Numbered from the stretch's first letter, positions 28,068 through 39,625 are shown. The stretch is DNA of 64,000 bases from Halarcobacter sp. (GCA_963676565.1 OY781089.1:160001-224000); one strand, 5' to 3'. A program made the numbers and translations. Notes: generated from the letters alone by a model not told the origin.

Positions 28068-29372
28068 TTAGTGTCTTAATTGATAAGTAATATCCCCTGC
28101 TCCAACACCTAAAATAATACCTTCTGAATATTCATGAATTATTTTACCATCTTTTATAAGTTCAATTTTTCCCTTTGATGTTTTTAAACTATCTGCAAAA
28201 ATTGGATTATAATATTCAAACTCTTTTTCAAAATCAATTTCAATTTTTTGTTCCCCAGCAACTGTCCAAATTGGTAAAATCACTAGTTCATCACATCTTC
28301 TAAAACATTTTTTAAAACCTTCTAGATTGTCATTAGTTCTTGAATATTTATGGGGTTGCCAAATCACTATTCTTTTGTTCAAATTTGTTAGATTATCATA
28401 AAGTTCAACAGATTTCATAGTTGCGTCTATTTCCGTTGGATGGTGGGCATAATCATCAATTACAGCCATTTTTTCATTTTTTTGAACCACATCAAATCTT
28501 TTTTTAATACCCTTATAGTTTGCTAGATTTTCTCTTATTTCATCAATTTCTAACTCATTTAAAGCTGCAAGAATAGCTAAAGAAGCATCAACTGCAATAT
28601 GGTAACCAAAGCCCCAAACTTCAAAAGAACCTAAATCTTTTAATTCAAATTTTGTAAATGGTTCCCCATCTTTTAAGAGATAAGATAGATTTTTAATATC
28701 AACACTTGGATAAAGATAAGTTGCACCTTTTATTTTAAGTTTTTTAATATCTTTATCTTCACCATTTAAAACTTTTTTTTGTGCAAGGTCTATAAATGTT
28801 TCATAAGCTCCATAAAACTTATCTAAGTCATAATGATAATATTCCATATGCTCTGGTTCTGCATTTGTAACAATTGAGCAATATGGATTTGAAAGTAAAA
28901 ATGAAGCATCTGACTCGTCTGCTTCAAAGGCAACTAAATCATTTACATATCTAAAGTTTGAACCAAAATCTTTAGAGATAGCTCCAATTAAAGCTGAACT
29001 TTTCAAGATTGAAGCTAAAATTGCTGTTGTTGTAGATTTTCCGTGGGCCCCAGCTACACAATAGTTTTTTTTATCACCTAAAATTATTGGTAAGGCTTCT
29101 TTTCTAGATAGGGTTCTTATTTGTTGAAGTCTAGCTTCAATCAATTCTGGATTTTCATCTGTAACAGCAGCTGAATAGATAACTAAATCTAAATCATCTG
29201 TAATATTTTTTGAATCTTGCGGACAAGAAACTTTAATACCTTCTTTTTCAAGCTCTTTTGTAATTGGTGAACTTTTCATATCAGAACCACATACTTCGTG
29301 TCCATCATATTTTAAAAATCTTGCTAAGGCAGAAAGTCCAATTCCACCAATTCCTATAAAATGTACTTTCAT
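28068..29372 (-). CDS. murC: UDP-N-acetylmuramate--L-alanine ligase
   Basis: HFIGIGGIG, GAHGKSTTT, EADESD, DDYAHHPTE. Confidence 0.97.
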   Translation of the reverse strand: MKVHFIGIGGIGLSALARFLKYDGHEVCGSDMKSSPITKELEKEGIKVSCPQDSKNITDDLDLVIYSAAVTDENPELIEARLQQIRTLSRKEALPIILGDKKNYCVAGAHGKSTTTAILASILKSSALIGAISKDFGSNFRYVNDLVAFEADESDASFLLSNPYCSIVTNAEPEHMEYYHYDLDKFYGAYETFIDLAQKKVLNGEDKDIKKLKIKGATYLYPSVDIKNLSYLLKDGEPFTKFELKDLGSFEVWGFGYHIAVDASLAILAALNELEIDEIRENLANYKGIKKRFDVVQKNEKMAVIDDYAHHPTEIDATMKSVELYDNLTNLNKRIVIWQPHKYSRTNDNLEGFKKCFRRCDELVILPIWTVAGEQKIEIDFEKEFEYYNPIFADSLKTSKGKIELIKDGKIIHEYSEGIILGVGAGDITYQLRH

Positions 29373-29956
29373 TAACCTTCCAATAAGTGTTTTAAATTAT
29401 CATACTCTTTTTGCAAAATATCTTTATTTTTTTCTAAATGAGTATCTAAATCGTATTTGAAATTTGAGATAAAATATCCATATCTTTCATCATCGTTTGA
29501 AGCCTCTAAATTAACTTCTTCATCATAAAAATTATCTAAATCTTTATTGTTTGAAAGAGCAATAATATGCGCTTGTAAACATTTACTTAAAAATGGATCA
29601 TCAATTATATTCGATAAAACAAATAAAAGTTGCTTTGCTCCATCAATATTTTCATAACTATATTTTTCAATTCCATGTTCATAAAAGGCTCTAACATAAC
29701 AAAGATCATCACCTTCTAAACTTAGCTTTTTATTCTCATTTACAATTTTTTCTACATTTGCAAAGGAGATTTCTAAGATATTTTGATAAATATCATTTAT
29801 CTTATCTTCACCTAAATCAAGGATTAAATATGAATCTAAAACCTCATATAAAGCTGAGATATTTTTTGTAGCAATGGCATCACTTCTTGTTTCTTCTAAG
29901 TATTTCAAAAACTCTGGATTTGTTCTTGCCTGAAAAAGCTCTTCTTTATCCATCAA
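29372..29956 (-). CDS. Hypothetical acidic protein
   Basis: 194-aa ORF overlapping both neighbours in the operon. Confidence 0.75.
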   Translation of the reverse strand: MMDKEELFQARTNPEFLKYLEETRSDAIATKNISALYEVLDSYLILDLGEDKINDIYQNILEISFANVEKIVNENKKLSLEGDDLCYVRAFYEHGIEKYSYENIDGAKQLLFVLSNIIDDPFLSKCLQAHIIALSNNKDLDNFYDEEVNLEASNDDERYGYFISNFKYDLDTHLEKNKDILQKEYDNLKHLLEG

Positions 29957-31076
29957 TGAAATCCTTTAATCTTTGTAAAACTTTTCTAGTCTTAGTTTCA
30001 TTTTCCACTAATGCAATTCTTACATAACCTTTTCCAATCCCATTTCTTCCTAAGAAGCTTCCTGGCAGTACTTTGATATGTTTCTCTTTAAAAAGCTCTT
30101 TTGTAAATTCTAATTCATCTTCAACTTCTAACCAAATGTAAAATGTGGCCTTTGGAGGAGTTACACCCAAAATCTCTTGTGCTATTTGAAAATTTTTTCT
30201 ATAGATTTTTCTAAACTCTTCCACATGATTGTCATCATTCCAAGCAACTGCAGCAGCTTTTTGTAAAGGTATTGGTGAAGCACATCCTATATAAGTTCTA
30301 TACTTCATATACCCTTCTAAAATCTCTTTATCACCTGCAATAAAACCACATCTTAACCCTGGAGCTGAACTTCTTTTTGAAATTGAGTTCATCACAATAA
30401 CATTTTTAAAGTCACTATTTCCAGCTTCTATTGAAGCTTCTAAAAGTGAAGCTGGTTTTGTTGCTTCTTCAAAGTAAATTTCAGAATAACACTCATCATT
30501 TACTAAAATAAAATCAAACTCTAATGCTTTTTTTACCCAAATTCCCAATTCTTCTTTTGTCATCTCAGCGGATGTTGGATTATTTGGATAGTTTAAAATA
30601 ACTAAATCACATTTTTTTAAGTCTTCATCACTAAGACTTGCTTTAAAATCATTTTCTTTTGTTAAATCAATATGAATAACCTTAGCCCTACTTGCAATTG
30701 CTGCACCTTCATAGATTTGATAAAACGGATTAGTAAAAGCAATAATTGGGTCTTTTTTATCAAAAAGAGCATATTGAGGAAAGTTAAATAATACCTCCCT
30801 TGTACCAAATGTTGGTATTATTTGATTAAGTTCTAAACTTACTGCAAACCTATTTTTAACAAAATTTACTATCGCCTCTTTTAAATAAGGTTCCCCTGCA
30901 CTTGCAGGGTATTTTTGTAATAAAGATGTATTCTCTTTTAATTCAGATTGAATAAAATCTGGTGTTTGGAATTTTGGTTCACCAATTGTTAGAGCTGATA
31001 ACTCATACTCTTCATTTGGTTTAATCCCTTCTAATAATTCATTTAATTTCTCAAATGGATATTTTTCAAAATTCAT
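29946..31076 (-). CDS. dapC: Succinyldiaminopimelate transaminase
   Basis: YPFEKL, LTIGEP, NPFYQIYEGAA, SKRSSAPGLR. Confidence 0.88.
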   Translation of the reverse strand: MNFEKYPFEKLNELLEGIKPNEEYELSALTIGEPKFQTPDFIQSELKENTSLLQKYPASAGEPYLKEAIVNFVKNRFAVSLELNQIIPTFGTREVLFNFPQYALFDKKDPIIAFTNPFYQIYEGAAIASRAKVIHIDLTKENDFKASLSDEDLKKCDLVILNYPNNPTSAEMTKEELGIWVKKALEFDFILVNDECYSEIYFEEATKPASLLEASIEAGNSDFKNVIVMNSISKRSSAPGLRCGFIAGDKEILEGYMKYRTYIGCASPIPLQKAAAVAWNDDNHVEEFRKIYRKNFQIAQEILGVTPPKATFYIWLEVEDELEFTKELFKEKHIKVLPGSFLGRNGIGKGYVRIALVENETKTRKVLQRLKDFIDG

Positions 31077-31096
31077 TTATTTCCTTTTATTGGTGC

Positions 31097-32524
31097 CTAT
31101 TCTTCTATAATAGGTATTAGTAATTGATTAAATTTTCTCATATCAAACGATATTAAATCTGGGTTTGTATATAAAAATTTCCAAGAAAGTCTTTTATTTA
31201 ACATATCCTCTTTTAAAGGTAAGATTTGTAAGATATTTTCTTGTTTTTTTAATTCCCTAATTGGATTTTTATCATTTGAGATAATTTCAATCTTTTCATT
31301 AAATATTTTTGATAGATTTTCAAAATGATCAAGAAGATGAGTTTTATCTTCATGCTCCCCAACAGGGTCCATATCAAAAATCTTTGTTTTAGTTTTAAAC
31401 TGACTTGCAACATCAAATACAACAGGAGATATTTGCTCATAAGAATTTATATCATTTAGAAGAATAACTGTTCTTTTAATAGAAGCATTTAAATTTTCTC
31501 CTAATTTAAATATTGGTAATCTTAAATCCAACAAGTGTTTAATTCTTGCTTTAGTTTTAAAGTTTTCATTTGCGAGGATTATCATCCCAATATCTAAAGT
31601 TTTTGTATCAGATTTTAATAACTTTTCCATCCCAATATCATGATAGTCCATTTTTATCTCAACGGCATCATTTTTCCCAAATACCTCTTTAATATATTCC
31701 AAAACTCCAACATTTGTAGGTCTTGTGATTCTAATAAAAAGTTTACTATTTTTCAATCTTTTATTTAAGTATTTAAGCTCTTCAACAATATCTAAAACTC
31801 TTTTTTTTGTAAGTATAAACATATCAAGATATAAATAAATATTGTGCCCAAAAGGCATTGGAAATTGTCCTTGAGACTTTCCAATTGCATTATAAATTTG
31901 CATCAATACAGTTGGTTTTCCAATTACTAATATAATATCATTTGGTTTTAAAATCAATGATGGTTTTATATTTACTAATTGATCATTTCTGTATAAGCCA
32001 AAAATTTTCCAATCTCTTTGCTCAATTGAACCAATATATCTATAGGCATAAGAACTACCAAAAGGTATTTTAATCTCCATAATTTCACCTTGTTTTAGCC
32101 CAATATTTTGTGCCATAACAGGAATATTTGGAAGCCTTTCAACCATCCCATTTGCTAAAACTTCAATACCTTTGTAGATGTTTAAATATGGATCACTTAA
32201 TTCAATCCCCCAATAATCTAAAACTGAAATTGGTAAATTATTTTTTCTACTTCTAATATTTTTAATTACATTTAACATCTCATCTTTTGAGTTAAGTGCA
32301 ATTAATACTTGACTATGTATATCTTTATCTAAAACCATCGCTAGTTTAGACTCAGAAGTAGGATCAAATTTATAAAAAGTAAAATTGGAAGCTTTGTTTT
32401 CAGGGACAATGGAATCGTTCATATAAACTACGTCATAGTTGTTGTCCCTAGTATTAGTTTCAACAATTCTTTTCATAAGTTTTTTAGCAACAATACCATC
32501 TAAAATTACTAATATTTTTTTCAT
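31097..32524 (-). CDS. TrkA-C domain-containing protein (COG3400-like)
   Basis: IGLKQGEIMEIKIPFGSSYAYR, NDIILVIGKP. Confidence 0.75.
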   Translation of the reverse strand: MKKILVILDGIVAKKLMKRIVETNTRDNNYDVVYMNDSIVPENKASNFTFYKFDPTSESKLAMVLDKDIHSQVLIALNSKDEMLNVIKNIRSRKNNLPISVLDYWGIELSDPYLNIYKGIEVLANGMVERLPNIPVMAQNIGLKQGEIMEIKIPFGSSYAYRYIGSIEQRDWKIFGLYRNDQLVNIKPSLILKPNDIILVIGKPTVLMQIYNAIGKSQGQFPMPFGHNIYLYLDMFILTKKRVLDIVEELKYLNKRLKNSKLFIRITRPTNVGVLEYIKEVFGKNDAVEIKMDYHDIGMEKLLKSDTKTLDIGMIILANENFKTKARIKHLLDLRLPIFKLGENLNASIKRTVILLNDINSYEQISPVVFDVASQFKTKTKIFDMDPVGEHEDKTHLLDHFENLSKIFNEKIEIISNDKNPIRELKKQENILQILPLKEDMLNKRLSWKFLYTNPDLISFDMRKFNQLLIPIIEE

Positions 32525-32569
32525 AGGGTATTATATCAAAAAGTACTAAATATAATATTGCTTATTTGA

Positions 32570-33415
32570 TTAATTTTTTCCTGTAATTTTTAAATAATCT
32601 TCATAAAATTTATCAAGGGGTTTTAGTTCATCATCTTTTAAAATCTTTATGCCATTTATATCTATATGTTTAAAACTTTCAAGTTGAAGATTATTTTCAT
32701 TTATATCTTTATCTATACTATCATGTAAATATTTCAGTTTTTCTGCTAAATCTTTTCTATCTAGACTTAAAGAAATTGGAAATATTTGTTCAGACTCTTT
32801 TATAATCTCAACTTTTGTTTTTATTTGAGGATTTATTTTAACCATAGTATCATATAACTCTTGTCTTACAACAGAAAATTCATTTTTAAAAAAAACATTA
32901 AAAACTAATTTGTTATCTTTCTCAATTTTTTTAAACTCTACATTTTTTATATTATTTTTTAAAGTGTAATACTCAACCCAGTTTTTAGACATCTCTTCTT
33001 TATATAAAATTGTCAGGTTTTTTACATTTTTTATATTACCTTTAAAACTTTTGTTTTTTAATAAATAAAATTTTGAAAAAGTATTTTTTCCTCTTGTGAA
33101 AACCCATTTTAAATGAGTAATTTTATCAAGCTTTTCTTTGTCTAAATAATACTTTCTTGGGCTTAAAATTATTGAATATAATTTTTTATTTACATACATA
33201 TCTATCATTTCATCAAAGTCATCATATATTTTAATAATCACTTCATCTTTATATCTATTATCATTATTTACTTTTGTATTCCAAATTTTAGCAGCAACCA
33301 TAGCTTGTTTTTTAGAAACAAAAATTCCATCAGGATATATTCCCATATCGACAACATCCTTTGCATTTAGAAAAGAAAAGGATATGATTAAACCTATTGA
33401 AATTAGTATTTTCAT
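32570..33415 (-). CDS. PhnD/SsuA-like periplasmic binding protein, paralog A
   Basis: Signal peptide; VFF...YDTMVKINPQIK...IIKESEQIF block shared with three paralogs. Confidence 0.65.
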   Translation of the reverse strand: MKILISIGLIISFSFLNAKDVVDMGIYPDGIFVSKKQAMVAAKIWNTKVNNDNRYKDEVIIKIYDDFDEMIDMYVNKKLYSIILSPRKYYLDKEKLDKITHLKWVFTRGKNTFSKFYLLKNKSFKGNIKNVKNLTILYKEEMSKNWVEYYTLKNNIKNVEFKKIEKDNKLVFNVFFKNEFSVVRQELYDTMVKINPQIKTKVEIIKESEQIFPISLSLDRKDLAEKLKYLHDSIDKDINENNLQLESFKHIDINGIKILKDDELKPLDKFYEDYLKITGKN

Positions 33416-34260
33416 TTTAAAACCTCACCATAATTTTTATATAAAATCTCTAATTCTTCTAACTCATTATCTTCAATTAAAAAAACATTTTGAATTTGAA
33501 CATAAGATAATACAGCTAAATCAACTTTACCATTGTTAATTTTATCATTTAAATCTCTATATATCTTATCTAAAGACTCTCCTACTCCATCTCTTGTTAA
33601 ACCAATAGCCCTAAAAAAAATCTTAGGTGATTTTGCAATAATTTCCGTTTTATATTTAAATTGAGAATTAAACTGCAACATAAGGTCATATATATCTTTT
33701 GGTATGACTATGATTTTATCTTTATGAAAAAAGGCATCTAAAGCTACAGATTTTTCTGATTCTTTTTGTATATAATTTATTTTAGTTTTTTTATTATCTA
33801 TATTTTTACTTAATAAACTATGTGCCCAAAGTTTTTCTAAATCATTTTTATATGAAACTTTTATATTTTTAAAATCTTTAATATCAAAATTTGATTCTTT
33901 ATTTTTTAGCATATAAAACTCTACAAATTTAAGTTCATCTCTAGCTAATACCCATTTATATTTAGAATACTTTTCAAAAAACTCTTTATTTTCAAAATAG
34001 AAAGACCCAGTTGTTATAATGTTAGTGATTTTTTTATCTTTATAATCTTTTAATATGTCATCTTTATTTTCATAAAAGAACACCTCTAATTCTACACCGA
34101 AGTCGACTTTTTCCATATTTTTAAGCCAAAGTTTTGCACCTAACTTTACTTCTTTTTTTGAAAAATGTATATCTCCATACAATAATCCAAGAACTATTTT
34201 TTCCTTTGCATTTAAACAAAAAGATAAAAGTAATAGACTTAAAAATATTTTAATAAACAT
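33412..34260 (-). CDS. PhnD/SsuA-like periplasmic binding protein, paralog B
   Basis: Signal peptide; AFF...YDLMLQFNSQFK...IIAKSPKIF. Confidence 0.65.
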   Translation of the reverse strand: MFIKIFLSLLLLSFCLNAKEKIVLGLLYGDIHFSKKEVKLGAKLWLKNMEKVDFGVELEVFFYENKDDILKDYKDKKITNIITTGSFYFENKEFFEKYSKYKWVLARDELKFVEFYMLKNKESNFDIKDFKNIKVSYKNDLEKLWAHSLLSKNIDNKKTKINYIQKESEKSVALDAFFHKDKIIVIPKDIYDLMLQFNSQFKYKTEIIAKSPKIFFRAIGLTRDGVGESLDKIYRDLNDKINNGKVDLAVLSYVQIQNVFLIEDNELEELEILYKNYGEVLK

Positions 34261-34262
34261 TT

Positions 34263-35864
34263 TTATACCATTGGTATTTTAATGGTAAAAATTACACCAT
34301 CATTTATATTTTTAGCTGTTAATTTTCCTTGCATATTTTGTTCAACAATAACTTTAGACATATAAAGACCAATACCCGTACCTTGAGACTGATGTTTTGT
34401 AGTATAATATGGCTCAAATATTTTTGGTAAAACCTCTGCATCAATTCCACCACCATTATCTTCTATTTCTAAAACTCCACATTTATTTTCTTCATAGATT
34501 CTAATAATAACAAGTGGATTATCTATTTTTCTTTCAACTAAAATATCTTTTGCATTGGTTAAAATATTCATAACAGCCTGTGAAAACTCATTTGGTAATC
34601 CATAAACTTTACCACATCTTTCAAACACTTTTTCCACTTCAATATAATTAAATTTCAAACTTGCTCCAACCAAAGTTAAAGCCCTATCAAGTTCAGTTTC
34701 AATATCAAATTCTTGTTTTGTTTTATTTGGTCTAAAAAAGTTACTAAAATCATCTATTGTTTTAGATAAATAGTTAGAAGTTTTTACAATAGTATCAAGT
34801 TTGTCTAATTCCCTTTCATCATCAGACATTCCAAACTCTTTTTCTAATCTAATTCCAGAAGCTGATGTTGTAATTGCAGATAATGGTTGTCTCCATTGGT
34901 GTGAAATATTTGCAATCATCTCACCCATTGCAGCAAGTCTTGATTGTTGTATCATCAACTCTTCTTGTTTTTCTCTTTTTTTAAGTTCCTCTTTTATCCT
35001 AGAATCAAGACTTTTATTTAACTCTTCTAAAGCTTTTGTTTTATCTTCAAGTTCTTTATTTGTTTCATACAATTCTAAAGTTCTATCTTTTACTTTAATC
35101 TCTAAATCTTCTCTAGATTTTTGTAAAGCTTTTTGTGATTTTTCAATTGTTGAAATCATCTCATTGAAACTCGTAGAAAGTTCTCCTAATTCGTCATTTG
35201 ATTTATAATCGCTTCTAAGCTCCAAATTCCCTTTTTTTATCTTTTTTGCAACTTTATTTAATTCTATAACTGGCATTGAGAATTTCTTTGCAATAAGATA
35301 TGAAACTATAATAATTGTTAAAATACTAAAGAAAAAGAAAGCTGTAAATTCTAGATACATATTTTTTAAATTTGAATTATATTCTTTTAATGAAAGACTC
35401 ATATGCAATTCACCCCATTTTGTATTTGATAAAAAAATGGGATATGTGTATAAAAAAACATCTTTTTTTAAATTTTGGGAATAAACAATTTTATAAGATG
35501 GCTTATTAGAATTGTTATTATCATAAATTTTATGTAGTTTGTTTTCATAACTCCAATTACTATCACGAACAACATAAGAATCCCCAGAACTTCTTGAAAA
35601 GATTAATTCTTTAACCATTGAGTTTTGATTTAAAAATTTATCAAAAACTTCAACTATAATAGAACCATCATTTAAAATTATTGCATCTGAAGAGATATAA
35701 ATAAGCATCTTTGACATATTAAATGCCTGTGTGTCTAAAGCTTTAAGAATTTGTGATTTTTGCTTTGATAGAGTATATATAGAATATATAGTGGTAAAAA
35801 ACATTATAGAGATAAACATTACTACAAATATTTTAATAAAAATCTTATTACTTCTAATTAGCAT
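34263..35864 (-). CDS. HAMP sensor histidine kinase
   Basis: 2 TM segments, DELGELSTSFNEM, ISHQWRQPL, GTGIGLY. Confidence 0.93.
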   Translation of the reverse strand: MLIRSNKIFIKIFVVMFISIMFFTTIYSIYTLSKQKSQILKALDTQAFNMSKMLIYISSDAIILNDGSIIVEVFDKFLNQNSMVKELIFSRSSGDSYVVRDSNWSYENKLHKIYDNNNSNKPSYKIVYSQNLKKDVFLYTYPIFLSNTKWGELHMSLSLKEYNSNLKNMYLEFTAFFFFSILTIIIVSYLIAKKFSMPVIELNKVAKKIKKGNLELRSDYKSNDELGELSTSFNEMISTIEKSQKALQKSREDLEIKVKDRTLELYETNKELEDKTKALEELNKSLDSRIKEELKKREKQEELMIQQSRLAAMGEMIANISHQWRQPLSAITTSASGIRLEKEFGMSDDERELDKLDTIVKTSNYLSKTIDDFSNFFRPNKTKQEFDIETELDRALTLVGASLKFNYIEVEKVFERCGKVYGLPNEFSQAVMNILTNAKDILVERKIDNPLVIIRIYEENKCGVLEIEDNGGGIDAEVLPKIFEPYYTTKHQSQGTGIGLYMSKVIVEQNMQGKLTAKNINDGVIFTIKIPMV

Positions 35865-35865
35865 T

Positions 35866-36750
35866 TTACCTCCTTTTTAAACTTTCATATTCTTTAAAAA
35901 AGTTTACCATATCTTTCATTTCTTCTTTACTAATTCTCTCTATTGAAGATTGATCCAATAATCTATAAATATACTCTAATTTTTTCATGATTTTAAGATC
36001 ATTGGTATATTTAAAAAACTTTTCAACAACCTCATCAGGTGTATTTTTATGAAAAGCCCCTACTCCATATAAAAATATCTTTTTGGATTCATCAACTATA
36101 GTTAATCTTTTTTTTAAAGCTGGATTGAGGTTAATCATATTATCAAAAACAACTTTTTTTACTACAGTAAAATCTGCTTTATTAAAATATAAATTCAAAA
36201 TTGCTCTACTTGCTTTTGCAACATTGATTTGTTCTTTAACTAAGGTTTTATAAGGTTTATTAACTTTTTTTAAACTTTTATAATCTAACCATGTATGAAG
36301 ATTATCATCTCCTAGAAAATTTACATAAGTTTTATTTTTAATATCTTTTATAGATTTTATTTTTGATTGTTTGTTTACTACAAGTACATAACTATGAAAT
36401 TTGTCTTTAGAAGAAAATGCAAAATAATCTCTAGTGTACTTATCTATTATCTCTCTATTTTTTAAAAAATAGTTAAGGTAAAAAACTGCATTGTTAAACT
36501 TTTTGAATTCTATATAAGATTGAAGCATTTCATCTTCACTATCAAAAAATTTTATATTTACTTCAAGTTCATTTCTCAAAATTTCAGTCAATAAAGCTTC
36601 AACTTTATAAACTGAACTTTTTATTTTATTTTGGTGAACTTTATCAAAACTATGAATTGTACAAGCTAGACTATAATTTTTATTGATGAATTCATCTGCA
36701 TTTAAAAACAATGCAAGAAACAATAAAAAAAACAACCTAAAAGTTTTCAT
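35866..36750 (-). CDS. PhnD/SsuA-like periplasmic binding protein, paralog C
   Basis: YVLVVNKQSKIKSIKDIKNK; YFNKADFTVV...NLNPALK. Confidence 0.72.
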   Translation of the reverse strand: MKTFRLFFLLFLALFLNADEFINKNYSLACTIHSFDKVHQNKIKSSVYKVEALLTEILRNELEVNIKFFDSEDEMLQSYIEFKKFNNAVFYLNYFLKNREIIDKYTRDYFAFSSKDKFHSYVLVVNKQSKIKSIKDIKNKTYVNFLGDDNLHTWLDYKSLKKVNKPYKTLVKEQINVAKASRAILNLYFNKADFTVVKKVVFDNMINLNPALKKRLTIVDESKKIFLYGVGAFHKNTPDEVVEKFFKYTNDLKIMKKLEYIYRLLDQSSIERISKEEMKDMVNFFKEYESLKRR

Positions 36751-38197
36751 CTACCTTACTTCCAACAAGTTTATCAATGGTGGCTAAAGAAAGCATATAA
36801 TCATGTACACTTTTTAAATATGCTGATTTAACATACACTTCCATTAATTGAGATTGAACTAAATCTTCAGCCTCAACCATTTCATATTGATAACCTTTAA
36901 AGTTCATATCACTACTTTCAATTGCTGTATTAACTGCATCTTTTAAAGTTTGAACTTGTTCATATCCAATTGAGCTTTTTAGAAACTCATTTTTAAGTTG
37001 TAAGGCTACGCCCTCTTCTAAAAGAAGTTTTTGTTCATTTATAACTTTTTTGTCTAGTTTTTTCTCTATTACTTCATTTGTGGTTTTAAAACCATTAAAT
37101 AAAGACATTTTAACAGCAAGCCCTATGCTCCATCTATTTTCATCATCTTCATTTAGATAACCATATTCATATGAGTTATATGTATGGCTTGCATTTCCAA
37201 AAAGATTAACCATTGGATAGTAATCAGATTTTGATTCTTTAATTTGCTCATCTTTTATTTTTAAAGCTATATTTATTGTGTTTATCTCTGGGTTTAATGA
37301 AGAAGCTTTTTTTACTAAATCTTGAAGTTTTCTATTACTTTTTAAAATCTCTTTTTGATTATATTCAATTTTTAAAACATCATCATGTTTTAATCCCATA
37401 GTATTTGCTAAAGCTGACCTTAACATCTCTTTATTTAGTTCAATGGTTGATAAACCTGATTTAATCATAGAGGTTAAAAGTTTAATATTTAAATAATCAC
37501 TTCTATTAATTTTTAGTTCAGTTCCATTTTCTAAAAACTCTTTTGTTATGTCTCTACTGAACTTCATATTATTGTAAATACTTTCTATTAAAGTATGTAA
37601 TTCATTTGTAAGAACATAACCATAAAAATATCTTTTTATGTCATATATAACATTTGCTTTTTCTCTTATTATTGCTTGTTTTTTAATCTCTTTATTTAAT
37701 CGTGCTTGTTCAATAATAGCTGAGATTTTACCACCAGTATATAGGGGATAATTAACTTCAACTTGACCTCGTACAGTGTCTCTACCTTTTGCAATAGTAT
37801 CAATATCAGCAGGTAATGTTCCAGTGGGGAATAATGAAGCTGGAGTATTAGAAATAGTAGTACGCGCCGCTTCTCTTGCTACAGGATCATCAATTGATAA
37901 AGTATTTGCAAGGGCTAAAGTTTTAGTTAATTCAGAAGATAAAGTAAAACTTCCTCTTTGCTGATAAATAGTATCAGTACTATCTCTATTCACATATAAA
38001 ATAGCATCTATAGTTGGATAGTTTGCACTTAAAGCTTGTTCATATTGAGCATTTGCAATATCTAAATTTAATTTTGAGATTCTATTTAGTGCATTGTTTT
38101 TTAATGCAGTTTCTATTGCCTTATCAAGATTTACACTAACTTCATTTGCACATAAAGTTCCCATTAGCAAACTTGCTAGAATTAAATTTTTAAACAT
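36737..38197 (-). CDS. TolC family outer membrane protein
   Basis: LDKAIETALKNN, YPLYTGGK, KSDYYPMVNL, SLFNGF; duplicated outer membrane efflux repeat. Confidence 0.9.
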   Translation of the reverse strand: MFKNLILASLLMGTLCANEVSVNLDKAIETALKNNALNRISKLNLDIANAQYEQALSANYPTIDAILYVNRDSTDTIYQQRGSFTLSSELTKTLALANTLSIDDPVAREAARTTISNTPASLFPTGTLPADIDTIAKGRDTVRGQVEVNYPLYTGGKISAIIEQARLNKEIKKQAIIREKANVIYDIKRYFYGYVLTNELHTLIESIYNNMKFSRDITKEFLENGTELKINRSDYLNIKLLTSMIKSGLSTIELNKEMLRSALANTMGLKHDDVLKIEYNQKEILKSNRKLQDLVKKASSLNPEINTINIALKIKDEQIKESKSDYYPMVNLFGNASHTYNSYEYGYLNEDDENRWSIGLAVKMSLFNGFKTTNEVIEKKLDKKVINEQKLLLEEGVALQLKNEFLKSSIGYEQVQTLKDAVNTAIESSDMNFKGYQYEMVEAEDLVQSQLMEVYVKSAYLKSVHDYMLSLATIDKLVGSKVDENF

Positions 38198-38202
38198 ATT
38201 AA

Positions 38203-39489
38203 CTAATCCTTCTTATTGAAACTAGATAAAACCACTTGATTTCTTCCATTTTCTTTTGCTTCATATAATGCCTTATCTGCTAATCTATACATATCTTTTG
38301 AATCTAATAACTTTTCAGAATTTACAATAATTAGTCCTGCTGAGATCGTCACATAATTACTACATAAACTATTTTCATGGGGAATTTTTAATGATTCAAT
38401 CTCTTCTATAATAGACTCTAAAAACTCTAAAGATTCTTCAACACTATTACTAGTAAATACAAGTCCAAACTCTTCTCCCCCAAGTCTAAAGGCATAATCA
38501 CTAGCCCTAGAAGATTTAAGTTTTAGAACATTTGCAATTGCAACTAAAGTTTCGTCGCCCTTTGGATGTCCATAGGTGTCATTATAGTTTTTAAAATAAT
38601 CAACATCAATAATTGCCAAAGAAAGGCTTGTTTTTTCCCTTGTTAATCTTCTATTCTCTTTTTCAATAATTCTATTAAAATATCGTCTATTATAAATATC
38701 TGTTGTTTCATCTTTAATAGCTAATTGTTCCAATTTTTTCTTATTTGTAATATCTTCTCTAATAGCTAAAAAGTTTTCTATTTCACCCTCTTGATTTAAA
38801 ACAGGAGTAATTGTTAAATCAGACCAATAAACCTCTTGGTTCTTCTTTCTATTTTTAATTTCAGATTTAAATACTTTCCCTTTATTTATCTCTTTCCACA
38901 TCTCTTGGTAAAATTCATCAGGAGTATCTTCATGTCTAAGTATACTATGGGTATTTCCAAGTAGTTCCTCTTTTGTATAACCAATTAATTGACAAAAAAT
39001 ACTACTTGCATCGATGATAACACCATCTTTATCTGTAACTGACATCAATACATTTTCATCTAAAATTTTTAGCACATTCTCTTTTTCAAATAATCTATCC
39101 TGTAACCTTTTATTTACAACTGATTCTTGAATATTTATAAGTAGCTCTTTTAAATCAACTGGTTTTATTATAAATTTATTAACTTTAAGTTCTATTGCAT
39201 ATAGAAAATATTCTATATCAGAAAAAGCAGTAGTAATAATAACTGGCGTAGTAGTATTTAGTTCCCTTAACATATCAATACCGTTCATTTTAGGCATTTG
39301 AATATCGGTAACTATTACATCAGGTTTAACCTTTTTATAAACCTCTATACCCTCTAAACCATTTGAAGCTATATGAAAATTAGGAATAAATCTTTTGCAA
39401 AAGAAAGTGACCTCTTCTTTGATCATCTCTTCATCTTCAACATAAAGTACAGTTAGAGATTCCAGTAAATCTTTATTTAACTTTTTCAT
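38203..39489 (-). CDS. REC-PAS-GGDEF diguanylate cyclase
   Basis: VLYVEDE/TDIQMP receiver, PAS, DVDYFKNYNDTYGH, RASD I-site and RLGGEEF. Confidence 0.93.
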   Translation of the reverse strand: MKKLNKDLLESLTVLYVEDEEMIKEEVTFFCKRFIPNFHIASNGLEGIEVYKKVKPDVIVTDIQMPKMNGIDMLRELNTTTPVIITTAFSDIEYFLYAIELKVNKFIIKPVDLKELLINIQESVVNKRLQDRLFEKENVLKILDENVLMSVTDKDGVIIDASSIFCQLIGYTKEELLGNTHSILRHEDTPDEFYQEMWKEINKGKVFKSEIKNRKKNQEVYWSDLTITPVLNQEGEIENFLAIREDITNKKKLEQLAIKDETTDIYNRRYFNRIIEKENRRLTREKTSLSLAIIDVDYFKNYNDTYGHPKGDETLVAIANVLKLKSSRASDYAFRLGGEEFGLVFTSNSVEESLEFLESIIEEIESLKIPHENSLCSNYVTISAGLIIVNSEKLLDSKDMYRLADKALYEAKENGRNQVVLSSFNKKD

Positions 39490-39625
39490 AAAATTTTTCC
39501 TAAATTGTAGTCTGGTATTTTCAAAACTTGAAACTACTGAATATTATAAGTTTATTATTTTTTTAATTTATTTTGTATTAATTAATTCTCCACCAAAGGG
39601 CTTTGCTGTTACATTTGTATTATTT